The notes beneath the pieces are model-generated. The model saw nothing but the letters and a program-made list of their open reading frames with translations. It made no database searches and was not told the origin of the DNA. The translations under genes and the position numbers were made by a program. 64,000 nt of DNA, taken from Candidatus Poribacteria bacterium. Its GTDB lineage: Bacteria; Poribacteria; WGA-4E; WGA-3G. Below, piece after piece: positions 47,728 to 60,600 of the stretch (the stretch's first letter is position 1; each line of letters starts with the position of its first letter). The stretch spans positions 2,720,001 through 2,784,000 of the forward strand of contig CBDANF010000003.1 of NCBI GenBank assembly GCA_965197475.1, written 5' to 3'.

Positions 47728-50727
47728 CTATTTTTCAAGATTAATATAACGCATACCGCGGTCTTCTGTGCCTACGTATAACGTGTTTTCGTCAACAGCA
47801 AGAGAAGTTATACCTTCTGGTATTTCTGAAACAACCTGTTCCCAAGTGCCGTTTTTTAAGCGATAGATACCTGTCTTCTCGGTAACGCCATAAAGGGTGT
47901 TACCATCAACAGCTAAGCGTTCCATGATGAGATTTGTCCTCTCTGAATCGGTGACAGACCGCCAATGTTTTCCATTATCTGATGCAGCGACACCCGCGTC
48001 CGTTGCCAAATACACCGTGGGACCCGCAAACACAATCTCTTTGAAAGTTTTAAATGGAAACGGCAGAGCAGATGTGAGATCAATCCAATTAGTTCCCTTA
48101 TCAAATGATACGACGAGATGTCCATCCCGTTTTCCGACATAGACAGTGTTCCCTGAAACAGCAAGTTTGAGTTCTCTTATTGCTATGCGCAAAGGCAGTT
48201 CAACGGTTTCTTCCTGGTCGGTGTCGTACCATTCTGTATCCCCCTGCTTCCATCGGAAGAGCTTAAAGTTGTATTCCATATAGAACGTATCACCACTGAT
48301 TGCAAACGGTCCAATTAACCCAAATTGGCGAAGATTGTCTTGGAATAATCGGCGATAGTTCGGGTGTATAGAATCCATTTGAGCCAACTTTTTAAAGAAC
48401 TGCGTTGCACCAGAGGAACTTTCTTGCAATTGTTTAGCGAACGATTTTTCTGACAAAAAAGCCCCATTTCTATTAAGCAACAGGCTCTCTAAACGCGATG
48501 AATCAAAGATGGGCATGTCTTGAATCGGCACCAATGTATTTCCATCTGCAGATATGCGATATATACGTGTTTCTGGACTGCTAAAAGGTGATTCTGTACC
48601 TTTTGCATAGATAACACCGTCAGATTTAACTATCTGGATTATGTTAGGTGGTTCTTTTCTATTGGGATCCTGCATAAGTGTATCTGGTAGAATAGTTTTC
48701 CAAGACTTGCCCTTGTCAGTAGTTTTTAGCAGGTTCCCATTATTTCCATAAATAGTCGGAAGCATGTTTTGTCCTTTATTGCTTTCGTTATACACAATTA
48801 GATCACTTATAAAACTGTTATCCTTATCCGGATCAATATTTACTATGTTCCATGATTTGCCGCCATCAGTGGAACGATGGAGTTCGTCGTCGCTACTGAC
48901 GTAGAAAACACGTTCGTTTAATGCTACGGCGGGGATATTAGTGAATGTCCTCATAGGGGAAATGTCAGGAGCTTGTGGAGGCATCCAGGTATCTCCGCCA
49001 TCGGTGGAGCGCACCATACCTCGTTCCATTACCAGAAGTGTACCGCCAGCAGCGACAAGTCTGATACCGGGTGGCCACCCTTCTAAGGACCATGCGTTTG
49101 TTGGCGTTATATCTTTCCAGGAATTTCCCAAGTCAGTTGAACGGAATATCCACCAAGTACGTTGTTGTCCCTTCAAAGCTGCCTCAGGATCCGTAAATTC
49201 TGCCATTACATACAGTCGATCTTTAGTGGCTGCGGCTGTGATGACGCCTATTGCCTCAGGTACTGGGAATTCTAAGCGTTGCCAGCTGTCACTGTTCCAG
49301 CGATACAGTCCGGAATTTGTTATTGCAAACATCTTGTCTTGGATTGTTACTAAAGATTGAAGTTCTCCGGGATATTCATTGCTGATATCCTTCCATGTCT
49401 TGCCTTTATCTTCAGAACGGAAAGCCCCCTCGTCAAAAATGATATAAAACGCTTGTTCTGTTAGGAGTAGTTTTCTTGGAAAATCATATTCTTCCGGCAA
49501 TTGGTGAACTATATACCACGTTTTACCATCATCTTTTGAAGCCAAAAGCTTATTAGATGGGAGAATATAAAGGGTGTTGTCCCACTTTGCCATAGGAACT
49601 TCAAGTTCCCAATCGCCAGCTAGTGTGCTAATGTCGCTAAGGTATTGCCATTCCGTTCTGTCGTCTTGCAATTTGTATATGTGCCCACGAGCAAAAGTGT
49701 AAATCTCTCCTTCAGAGGTTGCAAGTAAACCTTCTACCATACTTCCTCTGGTGGGTTCAGACTTAACCCACTGCTGTTTAGCGACAGAAACATCTTCCCC
49801 TTCCGTCTGCGCGGCAGCCAATAAAACTGCATCAGGTTTCTCTCCGCGGTTATCACTTTTACCAAGTGCCTTTGAATTCCCAAGTTGATTTTGGATATCT
49901 GGTTTTACTTCAAGATTTAGCACAATAGGCGCGTCAATAAGTTCAACCGTCATCTCAGTCTGTGCATCCAAACTATAAGGTTTCTGAAAACGCGCTAAGT
50001 ATTGACTCCCTATGCTGAGCATCAACATAATCAAAAGCGCACTTGATGCAGCAACCGCCCACGGCACTAAAGGCTTGCTTCCAGTAGGTAACCCCGGTTT
50101 CAGTCGCGCTACTTCGCGCAAAATGTTATCGGTTAGGTTCGGTGAAATTTGAAAATGGTCGAGTGCTTCTCTAATCATCGGTTCCTCCTTTTGTAAACGG
50201 TTCCGCGCACGCTGCAGCCGACTTTTTATCGTTCCCGCAGACACCCCTAAGAACTTGCTAATCTCTTCACATGTCATCTCACCGAAGTAGTGAAGCGTCA
50301 TCACTGTGCGTTCGCTCTCTTTCAGTTTCGAGAGCAGCCTCTTCACAACTTCGCGTTGTGCCTCAATAGTTGTTTTAACGCGTTCTTCTGTGACATGTTT
50401 GGAATAAGTATCTCTTTGTGTCATCGTTGTCTCTACGTCCTCCAACGGTTGTGTTCGTACTCGTTTTTTGCGGAGCCAAGCATAGCATCGGCGCGTTGCA
50501 ATCACATAGAGCCACCCAGAAAACTGATTCGGATCTTTCAGGGTGTCAAGTCTTTGATACACTTTCAGGAAGGCATCCTGCGTTATCTCTTCAGCGATGT
50601 GGAAATCCCCAATTTTTCGCCAAGCCAGCGCGTGCACCGGCTTTTGATACTTTTTCACAAGTTCAGCGAAAGCGTTTTCATCGCCAGCAAGAACGCGTTG
50701 GATCAATTCAACATCGTCGTTTTTCAT
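47728..50727 (-). CDS. ECF sigma factor-TM-Asp-box (BNR) beta-propeller fusion, copy 1
   Basis: sigma2 (AEEITQDAF, FSGWLY), sigma4 (GTIKSRLQRAR), TM, many S.D.G.TW repeats. Confidence 0.9.
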   Translation of the reverse strand: MKNDDVELIQRVLAGDENAFAELVKKYQKPVHALAWRKIGDFHIAEEITQDAFLKVYQRLDTLKDPNQFSGWLYVIATRRCYAWLRKKRVRTQPLEDVETTMTQRDTYSKHVTEERVKTTIEAQREVVKRLLSKLKESERTVMTLHYFGEMTCEEISKFLGVSAGTIKSRLQRARNRLQKEEPMIREALDHFQISPNLTDNILREVARLKPGLPTGSKPLVPWAVAASSALLIMLMLSIGSQYLARFQKPYSLDAQTEMTVELIDAPIVLNLEVKPDIQNQLGNSKALGKSDNRGEKPDAVLLAAAQTEGEDVSVAKQQWVKSEPTRGSMVEGLLATSEGEIYTFARGHIYKLQDDRTEWQYLSDISTLAGDWELEVPMAKWDNTLYILPSNKLLASKDDGKTWYIVHQLPEEYDFPRKLLLTEQAFYIIFDEGAFRSEDKGKTWKDISNEYPGELQSLVTIQDKMFAITNSGLYRWNSDSWQRLEFPVPEAIGVITAAATKDRLYVMAEFTDPEAALKGQQRTWWIFRSTDLGNSWKDITPTNAWSLEGWPPGIRLVAAGGTLLVMERGMVRSTDGGDTWMPPQAPDISPMRTFTNIPAVALNERVFYVSSDDELHRSTDGGKSWNIVNIDPDKDNSFISDLIVYNESNKGQNMLPTIYGNNGNLLKTTDKGKSWKTILPDTLMQDPNRKEPPNIIQIVKSDGVIYAKGTESPFSSPETRIYRISADGNTLVPIQDMPIFDSSRLESLLLNRNGAFLSEKSFAKQLQESSSGATQFFKKLAQMDSIHPNYRRLFQDNLRQFGLIGPFAISGDTFYMEYNFKLFRWKQGDTEWYDTDQEETVELPLRIAIRELKLAVSGNTVYVGKRDGHLVVSFDKGTNWIDLTSALPFPFKTFKEIVFAGPTVYLATDAGVAASDNGKHWRSVTDSERTNLIMERLAVDGNTLYGVTEKTGIYRLKNGTWEQVVSEIPEGITSLAVDENTLYVGTEDRGMRYINLEK

Positions 50728-50774
50728 CAGGTGCCTCCAGAAAGGATAGGTTCAATATTTTATACTGAAACCTT

Positions 50775-50806
50775 GTGACGCGACTTAGGAGGAAAACGGT
50801 TGCATA
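50775..50806 (-). promoter_or_regulatory. Conserved ECF-type promoter, probably autoregulatory; copies at 54011-54042 and 60745-60776, variant at 57437-57468
   Basis: Minus strand TGCAACC-GTTTTCCTCCTAAGTCG-CGTC; variant TGCACCC-GTTTTGCACCTAACCCG-CGTC. Confidence 0.75.
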
Positions 50807-50891
50807 ATTCTGCAAAAAACAGAGAATTTTGAAAGAAAAAGAGAGAATAGAGGAGGAAAGGCGGTATTTTGCACCATCCAGACAAGATACA

Positions 50892-53800
50892 TTATCTGCT
50901 AACATCAAAACGGAGCACACCACGTCTGCCTGTCCCGACGTATAGCACGTTTCTGTCAACAGTGAGGGAAGTCACGTTCTCCGCTATCTCTGCGGCAACT
51001 TGTTTCCACTTACCACTATCACTATCCAGTCGATAAAAGCGATTTGTCATGGAAATACCGTAAAGGGTGGTGCCGCTAACAGCCAGTTTTTCTATAATCG
51101 GATGCTCTCCTACTTTATCAGTTATAGTGTGCCAATTTTTGCCATCATTCGACTTTATGACCCCTTCGCGCGTTACTACGTAAACCGTGGAACCGGCAAA
51201 GGCTATATCTCTAATGGGTTTGTAGATAGGTGATTTTAAGTTGACAAGTACTTGTGGGGTAACATCCCACCATGTATCTCCACCATCAATCGATTGAATA
51301 AGCTTCCCATTCCGTGTTCCGACATAGACAATATCACCTAAAACAGCGAGTTGAAGTTCCACAGATTTCTTACCGGCAGTTTCTTCCAAACCTGTGTCAT
51401 GCCATTCCTTTTCTCCAAGCTTCCATCGGAAAAGTTTATGGTTGTATTCCATGTAAAACGTGTCATCACTAACAGCAAACGTTCCTTGCAGCCCTCGTTG
51501 AAGAAGTTCTGATCCGGGAGCCATTGCTGCTTCTTTCATGAACTCGGACGAACCTACATTATTTTTTTGCAAATTTTCAATAAATGACTTGCTTGGTGGC
51601 CATTTTATAGAAGAGTCTCCTAAACCTTGTTGTAGTTTTTCTAATTCATCGTATAACGATTGAGAGTCGAAAGCGGGCATCCCTTCAATTGGGATGAGTG
51701 TATTGCCATCATCCGATATCCGATACATAAGAGTTTTACGACTTTTCTCATACGATTCGCCTTTAGCGTAGAGAACATCGCCTGATGTTTGTATTGTAAC
51801 AATACGTGGCACGGGAGTCTCTCTGTAAGGATCATCTTGATCGGATTTTGTAAATTGTGAAACTACGTCAACTGTTTTCCAAGATTTCCCACCATCCATA
51901 GAAGTGACCAAATCGCCTGCTGCGTATTTGCTTTCTGTAATAGCGTAGAGCACGGGTAACGCTTGTTTCTGTGTTTTATTCTTTCCCTGAAAAGCGAACA
52001 GTTTATCCACTCTACTCCTCAACCCCGTATTAAATCTGTGCCACGATTTACCACCATCAGTGGAACGGTGGATTCCTGTTGTTCCGCCTACATAGAAGGT
52101 CTTTCCGTTCAATGCGACAGCATGCATCACACTACTAAAAAAAGCATTCTTCCGAGAAATACCGGTATTTTCCTCGTACGTCCACGTTTTTCCGCTGTCA
52201 ATCGAACGCGCAACCGATACATCGTGGCTACCTATCACTAATATCGTGTCCTTTATAGCTACAAGTACGATTGAGGGTGGGGAACCGTGGAGGGACCAGG
52301 CGTTTGTGGGGGTTATGTCTGTCCATGAATTCCCCATGTCAGTGGATCGGAATATCCACCAAGTACGCCCCTTCCTCTGTGAAAACTGTCTTTTTGCTTT
52401 AGGGGGCACGACCGTAACATAGAGGTTGTTTTTAGTCGTCACTAACGATCGAATAGAACTTACTCCAACCGCCACTGGTAATTGTAAATGTATCCACTTG
52501 TCACCATCAAGGCGGTAGAGTCCTGGCACCTTTCCTGCGTCAACTCCTGCGAATAGCGTGTTTTTAATCGCAACCAGGTACCGTATGCTGTACTGTTCCC
52601 CTTCCCCAATACTAACTATACTCCATGACTTACCAGCGTCATCAGAGCGATATACCTCCGATCCCACACGAAGGTAAAACGTCTCATTTGTAAACACAAA
52701 ATCATAGCAATTGCCACCTTGTCTGACCGGTGATTCAACTAATTGCCACGTCTGTCCCTCATCCGTTGAAACTAAAAGTTCGTCCCCCGGTGTAAAGTAG
52801 AGCGTGTTGTTCCGTTTTGCTATATGTGCCGTACTTGAATATCCACCCCCTTTCATAGGGGTAAGGAGTTGCCAGGTCTCTCCATCAGGGGTTAATTTAC
52901 ATATACCCGCATCATCAAGAACAGCGTAGATTTCGCGTTCAGGGGTAGCAGATAAACTCCATACCGGACCGGATGCGCTCGGTTCATTTACTGATACCCA
53001 CTGCTGTTTGGAAGTTTCACTTTTTCCTTCATCATCTGCTTGTGCGGCAGCAAACAGTATAGCATCAGAGTTTTGCTTGGTAATGTTATTTCTATCGATT
53101 GCGTCGGAATTTTCTCCCAGTTGGTTTCGGACATCCGGCTTTTCTTCAAGGTCAAGAACAATAGGGGCATCAACAAGTTCAATCGTCATCTCAGTCTGTG
53201 CATCCAAACTATAGGGATCCTGAAAACGCGCTAAATATTGGCTACCTATGCCAAGCATCAACACAATTAAAACAACACTTGAAGCAGCAACTGCCCACGG
53301 CACCAAAGGTTTGCCACCAGAAGGTGTTGCAGTCTTAAGTCGTGTGACTTCTCGCATGATATTATCGGTTAAGTTAGGTGAAATTTGGAAATAGTCAAGT
53401 GCTTCTCTTATCATCGGTTCCTCCTTTTGTAAACGGTTCCGCGCACGCTGCAGCCGACTTTTTATCGTTCCCGCAGACACCCCTAAGAACTTGCTAATCT
53501 CTTCACATGTCATCTCACCGAGGTAGTGAAGCGTCATCACTGTGCGTTCGCTCTCTTTCAGTTTTGAGAGCAGTCTCTTGACCACTTCGCGTTGCGCTTC
53601 AACAGCAGTTTTAGCCCGTTCTTCTGCGACATGTCGGGAATAAGCATCTCTTAGTATCATCGTTGTTTCTGCGTCCTCCAACGGTTGTGTGCGTATCCGT
53701 TTTTTGCGGAGCCACGCGTAGCATCGGCGCGTCGCAATCACATACAGCCATCCAGAAAACTGATTCGGGTCTTTCAGGGTGTGAAGTCTCTGATACACTT

Positions 53801-53963
53801 TCAGGAAGGCATCCTGCGTTATCTCTTCAGCGATGTGGAAATCCCCAATTTTTCGCCAAGCCAGCGCGTGCACCGGCTTTTGATACTTTTTTACAAGTTC
53901 AGCGAAAGCGTTTTCATCGCCAGCAAGAACGCGTTGGATCAATTCAACATCGTCGTTTTTCAT
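50892..53963 (-). CDS. ECF sigma factor-TM-Asp-box propeller fusion, copy 2
   Basis: Same architecture; sigma domain nearly identical to copy 1. Confidence 0.9.
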   Translation of the reverse strand: MKNDDVELIQRVLAGDENAFAELVKKYQKPVHALAWRKIGDFHIAEEITQDAFLKVYQRLHTLKDPNQFSGWLYVIATRRCYAWLRKKRIRTQPLEDAETTMILRDAYSRHVAEERAKTAVEAQREVVKRLLSKLKESERTVMTLHYLGEMTCEEISKFLGVSAGTIKSRLQRARNRLQKEEPMIREALDYFQISPNLTDNIMREVTRLKTATPSGGKPLVPWAVAASSVVLIVLMLGIGSQYLARFQDPYSLDAQTEMTIELVDAPIVLDLEEKPDVRNQLGENSDAIDRNNITKQNSDAILFAAAQADDEGKSETSKQQWVSVNEPSASGPVWSLSATPEREIYAVLDDAGICKLTPDGETWQLLTPMKGGGYSSTAHIAKRNNTLYFTPGDELLVSTDEGQTWQLVESPVRQGGNCYDFVFTNETFYLRVGSEVYRSDDAGKSWSIVSIGEGEQYSIRYLVAIKNTLFAGVDAGKVPGLYRLDGDKWIHLQLPVAVGVSSIRSLVTTKNNLYVTVVPPKAKRQFSQRKGRTWWIFRSTDMGNSWTDITPTNAWSLHGSPPSIVLVAIKDTILVIGSHDVSVARSIDSGKTWTYEENTGISRKNAFFSSVMHAVALNGKTFYVGGTTGIHRSTDGGKSWHRFNTGLRSRVDKLFAFQGKNKTQKQALPVLYAITESKYAAGDLVTSMDGGKSWKTVDVVSQFTKSDQDDPYRETPVPRIVTIQTSGDVLYAKGESYEKSRKTLMYRISDDGNTLIPIEGMPAFDSQSLYDELEKLQQGLGDSSIKWPPSKSFIENLQKNNVGSSEFMKEAAMAPGSELLQRGLQGTFAVSDDTFYMEYNHKLFRWKLGEKEWHDTGLEETAGKKSVELQLAVLGDIVYVGTRNGKLIQSIDGGDTWWDVTPQVLVNLKSPIYKPIRDIAFAGSTVYVVTREGVIKSNDGKNWHTITDKVGEHPIIEKLAVSGTTLYGISMTNRFYRLDSDSGKWKQVAAEIAENVTSLTVDRNVLYVGTGRRGVLRFDVSR

Positions 53964-54036
53964 CAGGTGCCTCCAGAAAGGATAGGTTCAATATTTTATA
54001 CTGAAACCTTGTGACGCGACTTAGGAGGAAAACGGT

Positions 54037-54275
54037 TGCATAATTCTGCAAAAAGAGAAATTTTTGGAGGAAAAGGTGGTGAGAAGTAGGAAAGGGCGGC
54101 ATTTAGCACCGCCCTGACAAAATCTGCTAATTTTATAGTCAGCCTAAAATCGCATACAATACCTATAGTGCATAATTCTGCAAAAAGAGAAATTTTTGGA
54201 GGAAAAGGTGGTGAGAAGCCCTGACAAAATCTGCTAATTTTATAGTCAGCCTAAAATCGCATACAATACCTATAG
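54037..54275. repeat. Imperfect tandem duplication upstream of copy 2
   Basis: 54037-54168 is repeated at 54169-54275 with the 25 bp at 54087-54111 missing. Confidence 0.85.
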
Positions 54276-54334
54276 TAGACGCGCTTTGTAAGTGCGCTGT
54301 CAATAGTATTCAAGTAATTATAGGCTTTACTATA

Positions 54335-57300
54335 TTATTTTTCAAGATTAAAATGAAGCATGCCGTTGTTTTCTGTGCCTACGTATAACGTGTTTTCGTC
54401 AACAGCAAGAGAAGTTATACCTTCTGGTATTTCTGAAACAACCTGTTCCCAAGTGCCGTTTTTTAAGCGATAGATACCTGTCTTCTCGGTAACGCCATAA
54501 AGGGTGTTACCATCAACAGCTAAGCGTTCCATGATGAGATTTGTCCTCTCTGAATCGGTGACAGACCGCCAATGTTTTCCATTATCTGATGCAGCGACAC
54601 CCGCGTCCGTTGCCAAATACACCGTGGGACCCGCAAACACAATCTCTTTGAAAGTTTTAAATGGAAACGGCAGAGCAGATGTGAGATCAATCCAATTAGT
54701 TCCCTTATCAAATGATACGACGAGATGTCCATCCCGTTTTCCGACATAGACAGTGTTCCCTGAAGCGGCAAGTTTGAGGTCTCTCATCGCTATGTCCAAA
54801 GACAATTCAACGGTTTCTTCCTGTTCGGTGTCGTACCATTCAGTATCACCCAGTTCCCATCGGAAGAGCTTAAAGTTGTATTCCATATAGAACGTGTCAT
54901 CACTGACTGCAAACGGACCATTACGAAATCCTAATTGCATATAGGTATCTGATGGTAGCCGGGGATCCGATTTTGCCAACAGTTCAAAGAATTGGGTCGC
55001 CCCAACTGATTTCTCTTGCAACTGTTCAACGTACGCCTTATCTGACGAGTCGAAAAAAGGACCTCTTTTTTCAGATAATTGGTTTTTCAATGGACCCGAG
55101 TCAAAAAAAGGAATACCTTCAACCGGCACTAACGTATTACCATCTCCAGATACGTGATAAAGAAGCGTCTTTATTCTGCCATAGTTATCTCCAAAGTTAA
55201 TAAGAGAATCTCCACCTTTTGCATAGACAACACCACCAGACTTGACTATATGCGTAATGCTCGGCGGTTCTTCTTTGTGGGGTTCAGACATCGGAATTTC
55301 TACTTGAACGTCTTTCCAAGACTCGCCTTTATCGGTTGTTTTTACTATTGAAGTGCCAAGTCTCGCGTAGAGAGTCGGAAGCATGTTTTGTCCGTTATCA
55401 GAGTCTTTAAACGCTATTAGATTATCAATTCCACTCTCATCTGGTGTAATATTTATTATGTCCCACGATTTACCGCCATCAGTGGAGCGATGAAGTCCGT
55501 CGTCACTACCAACATAAATAGTATCCGTGTTCACTACCACAGCAGGACCTATACTATACATTTGAGGTGAGGTCCCTGGTAATTGTGCGGGTAACCATGT
55601 GATTCCACCATCGTTTGAACGCACCATCCCTCTCTCCATTAATAAGAGAGTTTCGCCGACAGCAATCAGTTTTGCATAAGGGATAAAACCATTTACTGCC
55701 CATGCGTTTATTGGGGTTATATCAAGCCAAGAATTCCCCAGGTTACTTGTGCCAAATACACCCCAACCACGCTCATGTCCTCGGGACACTTTTTCAGGAT
55801 TTTTCCAACCCCTACTGAGTTCTGCCAATACATACACCCGCTCTCGATTCGTCGCGACTGAATACACATCTTTGATAGATTCTGGGAATTCCATGCGTTT
55901 CCAACCGTCAGTGTCCATGCGATAGAATCCGTTGTCTGTTCCAGCAAAAAGCGTGTTTTTGACCTCAGCTAAGGAATTAATCCCTGTCAGTCCATCACTA
56001 ATCCTTTTCCAAGTTTTGCCTGTATCTTTGGAGCTAAAAACGCCGCTGTCAAAAGCCATATAAAATGCATGATCCGTTAGGATCAACTCAATCGGATTCT
56101 GATGCTTTTCCTGCCAAGAGTAAAGTAAATCCCATGTTTTGCCATCATCTGTTGAAGCAAAAAGATTACTTGATTGTGTATAATACAGCCTATTGTTCCA
56201 CTTCTTGAGAAGGATTCGGTCTCCTAAGCCAGAATGATTCAATGTTGAAATGTCAAAAACGTGCTGCCACGTGTCCCCGTTAGCAGGCAATTTGAAGATT
56301 TCCCCTATTGCAAAAGTATAGAGATCATCCTCAGGTGTAGAAAGAAGACTTTGTACAGAACTACCTACGAGGGGTGCAGACTGAATCCACTGCTGTTTAG
56401 GGACAGAAACGTCTTCTCCTTCCGCCTGCGCCGCAGCCGATAAAACCTCATCAGGTTTCTCTCCACGGTTATTGCTTTTACCAAGTGCATTTAAATTTCC
56501 AAACTCACGCCGAACATCCGGTTTTGTGTCAAAATTTAGCACAATAGGTGCATCAACAAGATCAACCGTCATCTCAGCCTTTGCATCCAAATTATAAGGT
56601 TTTTGGAAATGTGCTAAGTATTGGCCGCCTATGCCGAGCATCAACATAATCAAAACGGCACTTGATGCAGCAACCGCCCACGGCACCAAGGGTTTGCTGC
56701 CGGAAGGCACAGCAGGTTTAAGTCGTGCGATTTCTTTCATGATGTTATCGGGCAGGTTTGGTGAAATTTGGAAGTTGCTAATTGCCTCTCGGATCATCGG
56801 TTCCTCCTTTTTCAAACGATTCCGCGCACGCTGCAGCCGACTCTTAATCGTGTTTGCGGATACACCTAAAAATTCGCTCATCTTTTCACACGTCATCTCA
56901 CCGAAGTAGTGAAGTGTAATCACCGTGCGTTCACTCTCTGGCAATGTAGCAAGCAGTTTTTTGACGACTTGACGTTGTGTTTCAGCGATTGCCTTCGCTT
57001 CCTGCTCTGCGACATAACGGGAATATGCTTCTGGTTCTAACTCATCACTGTCTAATTCCTCAAGTGATTCGGTTTGTATCCGTTTTTTCCTGAGCCACGC
57101 ATGGCAGCAATGTGTAGCAATTACATAAAGCCACCCCGCAAATCGGTGTGGTTTTTTCAACGTAGCAAGGTTTTAATATGCTTTCAGAAAGGTGTCCTGC
57201 GTTATCTCTTCAGCAATATGGAAATCACCTATTTTCCGCCAGGCGAGCGCGTGAACCTGCTTCTGATACTTTCCAACTAAGGTTGAGAAAGCAGTATCAT

Positions 57301-57346
57301 CACCATCAAGGATGCGGTGAATCAATTCAACATCGTTGTTTTTCAT
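54335..57346 (-). pseudogene. ECF sigma factor-TM-Asp-box propeller fusion, copy 3, with a nonsense mutation
   Basis: ATG at 57346; codon 58 is TAA (57173-57175) where copy 4 has CAA (KAYQNL); the rest of the frame is open. Confidence 0.85.
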
Positions 57347-57643
57347 AAGTCACTTTCTGATAAGCACAATTTCTCAGTGTTATCTCCCAGTATCGGCGAA
57401 AAAGATAACATCACTAACATCGTCCCTGTACTTTAAAAGACGCGGGTTAGGTGCAAAACGGGTGCATAATGCCGAAAAAATATACTTAATCGGGATGATC
57501 CGATGCAATGGAGTACTATTTTACCAAATCAGAGCGGTTTGTCAAGATGTTTGGATTATTGAGGCTGGTTGCACAAGAAGTTGTGGGTAGAAGGTGTGTT
57601 GAATGAACAGAAAATGGAAGAAATTTTTGGTTAACTGTTTTAC

Positions 57644-60600
57644 CTATTTGGATGGAACGTCCCAAAGTAGGATAGTTCCTGCAAAGTGAGAATGCAAATT
57701 TGTACTTGCGAGGGTTTTGCCATCAGGTGAAAAAACTAATTGGGTAATTGGACTCGCATACGGTTTGTATGTGGTAAGTTTACGTCCTGTAGGTATATCC
57801 CATAAATGAATTATCCCGCCTACATCACCACTAGCGAGGATTGTACCATCGGTTGTGAACGCTAACTTGCAAACTGCGTCTGTGTGTCCTTTGATTCTTA
57901 AAATACGTTCTTGTGTCGTAACATTCCACAGATAAATTGTCTTGGCTTGACTTGCAGCCAGATGGATTCTTCCATTTTGTGCCAATGCTACAGCCTCAAC
58001 TTTCTGATCTATAGGTTTTCTACCAAAGAATGATTTTATTTTGTCTATCAAATTCGGTTTCTTCTTAGGCATCTTAAACTTTGCAAAGGTTTCACCAGAA
58101 TGTATATTTGACAAGTGGATATCCTGCCCTTCACCGATTGCCAGCGTTTCGCCATCAGGTGTGAATGCCAGTGTATAGTCAAACGCAACGCTTAAGTTTG
58201 GATTGCTTCCTTTGAGTGTACATAACTGATTGCCAGTTGGCAGATCCCACACCTCTATCGCGGTGTCTTTATTTGTGACAGCCAGTTTTTCACCACTTGG
58301 TGAAAACGTGGATACTTGAACGAGATGAGAACCTTTTTCAAAAGCTGTAGCATAGAAATGGTACATTTCCGTTGTGCGCGGAGATGCTACTTTGAAAATA
58401 TCAGGTGCTGATTTCACTGATCTGTTTCTGGATGCCGTTACGAAATTATATGTAGTGTTGTATTTTCCTGTGACAGCATCCCATGCCTTGATTTCACCAG
58501 AAGCAGTAGAAGCGGATAGAGTTGAATCGCCACTGGAAAAGGCGATACTAACGATGTCGTTTCTGAGGTCAAAACGTCCAAGTGGTGTATCCCTATTCAT
58601 AGTAGAAAGAGTGTTTCTTACAGCAGGATGCACAGGATTTTGCAATTGTAATTTTTCGGTGCCTGTATTTGTATCCCACAAGTGTATTTTGCTGCGTGTG
58701 TTGCTGGCAATGGTTTTTCCATCATGAGCGAACGCTAATGCAGAAAATTTGTATGTGTATTCTGTCGTAAATGTTCGTAGATGTTTACCTGTAGCTGCAG
58801 ACCACAAATTCACGGTACCGTATTGGTTCATGGTAACAATGGTTGACCCATCCGATGATAACACAAATTCCCAAATACCCTCCTCGTCTCTATTCTTGAT
58901 TGTAGTGATGTGGGAATGTGTTTCAGTATTCCACACCGAAATATCATTAAAATCTGCAACTGCAAGAATCTTTCCATCCTTTGAAAATGCAAGGACCTCT
59001 GGATTCCCCGAAAAATTTGGAATCCGAACAGGAAAAGTTGCTATTTGTTTGCTTGTATCAACGTCCCAGAGCTGTACACCTTTGCTATAAGCAATTGCAA
59101 GTCTTTTCCCATCTGGGGAGAAAACAAATTCTCTTATCTTTTGCTCAGTTCGCGGGAATATGGCTATCTCTTGGTCTGTGCTTCCATCCTTAACGCTGAT
59201 CGTGTAATCTTTATTTTCAAAGGCGAAGAGTGCACGGGCTCCGTTGGCAAAACCTTTTACCGGAACACCGGTACGCGCATCTTTAAGTGCATTAAATTTA
59301 GGAAGTTTTGTCGTGAAAGTATCTAACAGTTTCCCCGTGGTGCTGTTCCACATCCAGACTTTTGGAACATCCCATATCAATACTTTTCCTGTTAGAGTGT
59401 GCGATATCTTGTCAATCAATCCCTCACCTACGAGCGTTTTTCCATCGTCTAAAAATCTTAATGAGCGAATCCAATAATTAGGCACTTTAAATGTTGATAG
59501 AAGTCTCTGGCTTTCAACATCCCAAATTCGGCATGTGTTGTCACCACTAGTGCTTGCGATTCTCGTTCCATCGGGAGAAAATGCCACTAATCCTGTTAAA
59601 TCTGTATTTATTGTAAGGAGGGCGGTCTCTTTACCTGTGTTGACATTATAAAGCCAGATTCCTGTGGAACTTGCAATAGCCAAGCGGGTGCCATTCGGTG
59701 AAAGCTGCATATCGGTAAACATTCCTTTGCCGAGTCTTCGTTTTGCCCCTTCCGGTAATCCCCACAGAGTGTAGTCTCCTTGATCACCTACAACCTGATT
59801 CGATTCCTTGCCAGTGCCATCATCTCTGCCACCCGTATCAGAACGTTCCCCTGGTTGATTTCGCACATCCGGTTTTGCATCAACATCCTGAACAATAGGT
59901 GCATCAATGATGTCCACTGTCATCTCAGATTGTGCATCTAAACTATAAGGTCGCTGAAAACGCGCTAAGTATTGACTCCCTATGCCGAGCATCAACACAA
60001 TCAAAACGGCACTTGATGCCCCTATCACCCACGGGATCAAAGGTTTACTTCCAGCAGGTGCAGCAGGGTTAAGTCTCGCGATTTCTTTCATGATGTTATC
60101 GGTCAGGTTTGGTGAAATTTGGAAGTTGCTAATTGCTTCTCGGATCATCGGTTCCTCCTTTTTCAAACGGTTCCTCGCGCGGCGCAGCCGACTCTTAATC
60201 GTGTTTGCAGATACACCTAAAAACTCACTCATTTTTTCACACGTCATCTCACCGAAGTAGTGAAGTGTAATCACCGTGCGTTCACTCTCCGGCAATGTAG
60301 CAAGCAGTTTTTTGACGACTTGACGTTGTGTTTCAGCGATTGCTTTCGCTTCCTGCTCTGCGACATAACGGGAATATGCTTCTGGTTCTAACTCATCACT
60401 GTCTAATTCCTCAAGTGATTCGGTTTGTATCCGTTTTTTCCTGAGCCACGCATGGCAGCAATGTGTAGCAATTACATAAAGCCACCCCACAAATCGGTGT
60501 GGTTTTTTTAACGTAGCAAGGTTTTGATATGCTTTCAGAAAGGTGTCCTGCGTTATCTCTTCCGCTATATGAAAATCCCCAACTTTTCGCCAAGCCAGCG

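Noticed and set aside
47764-54764. Diversity-generating retroelement template/variable repeat pair
   Set aside because: No reverse transcriptase in the window; the repeats are identical coding tracts with no adenine-specific mismatches.
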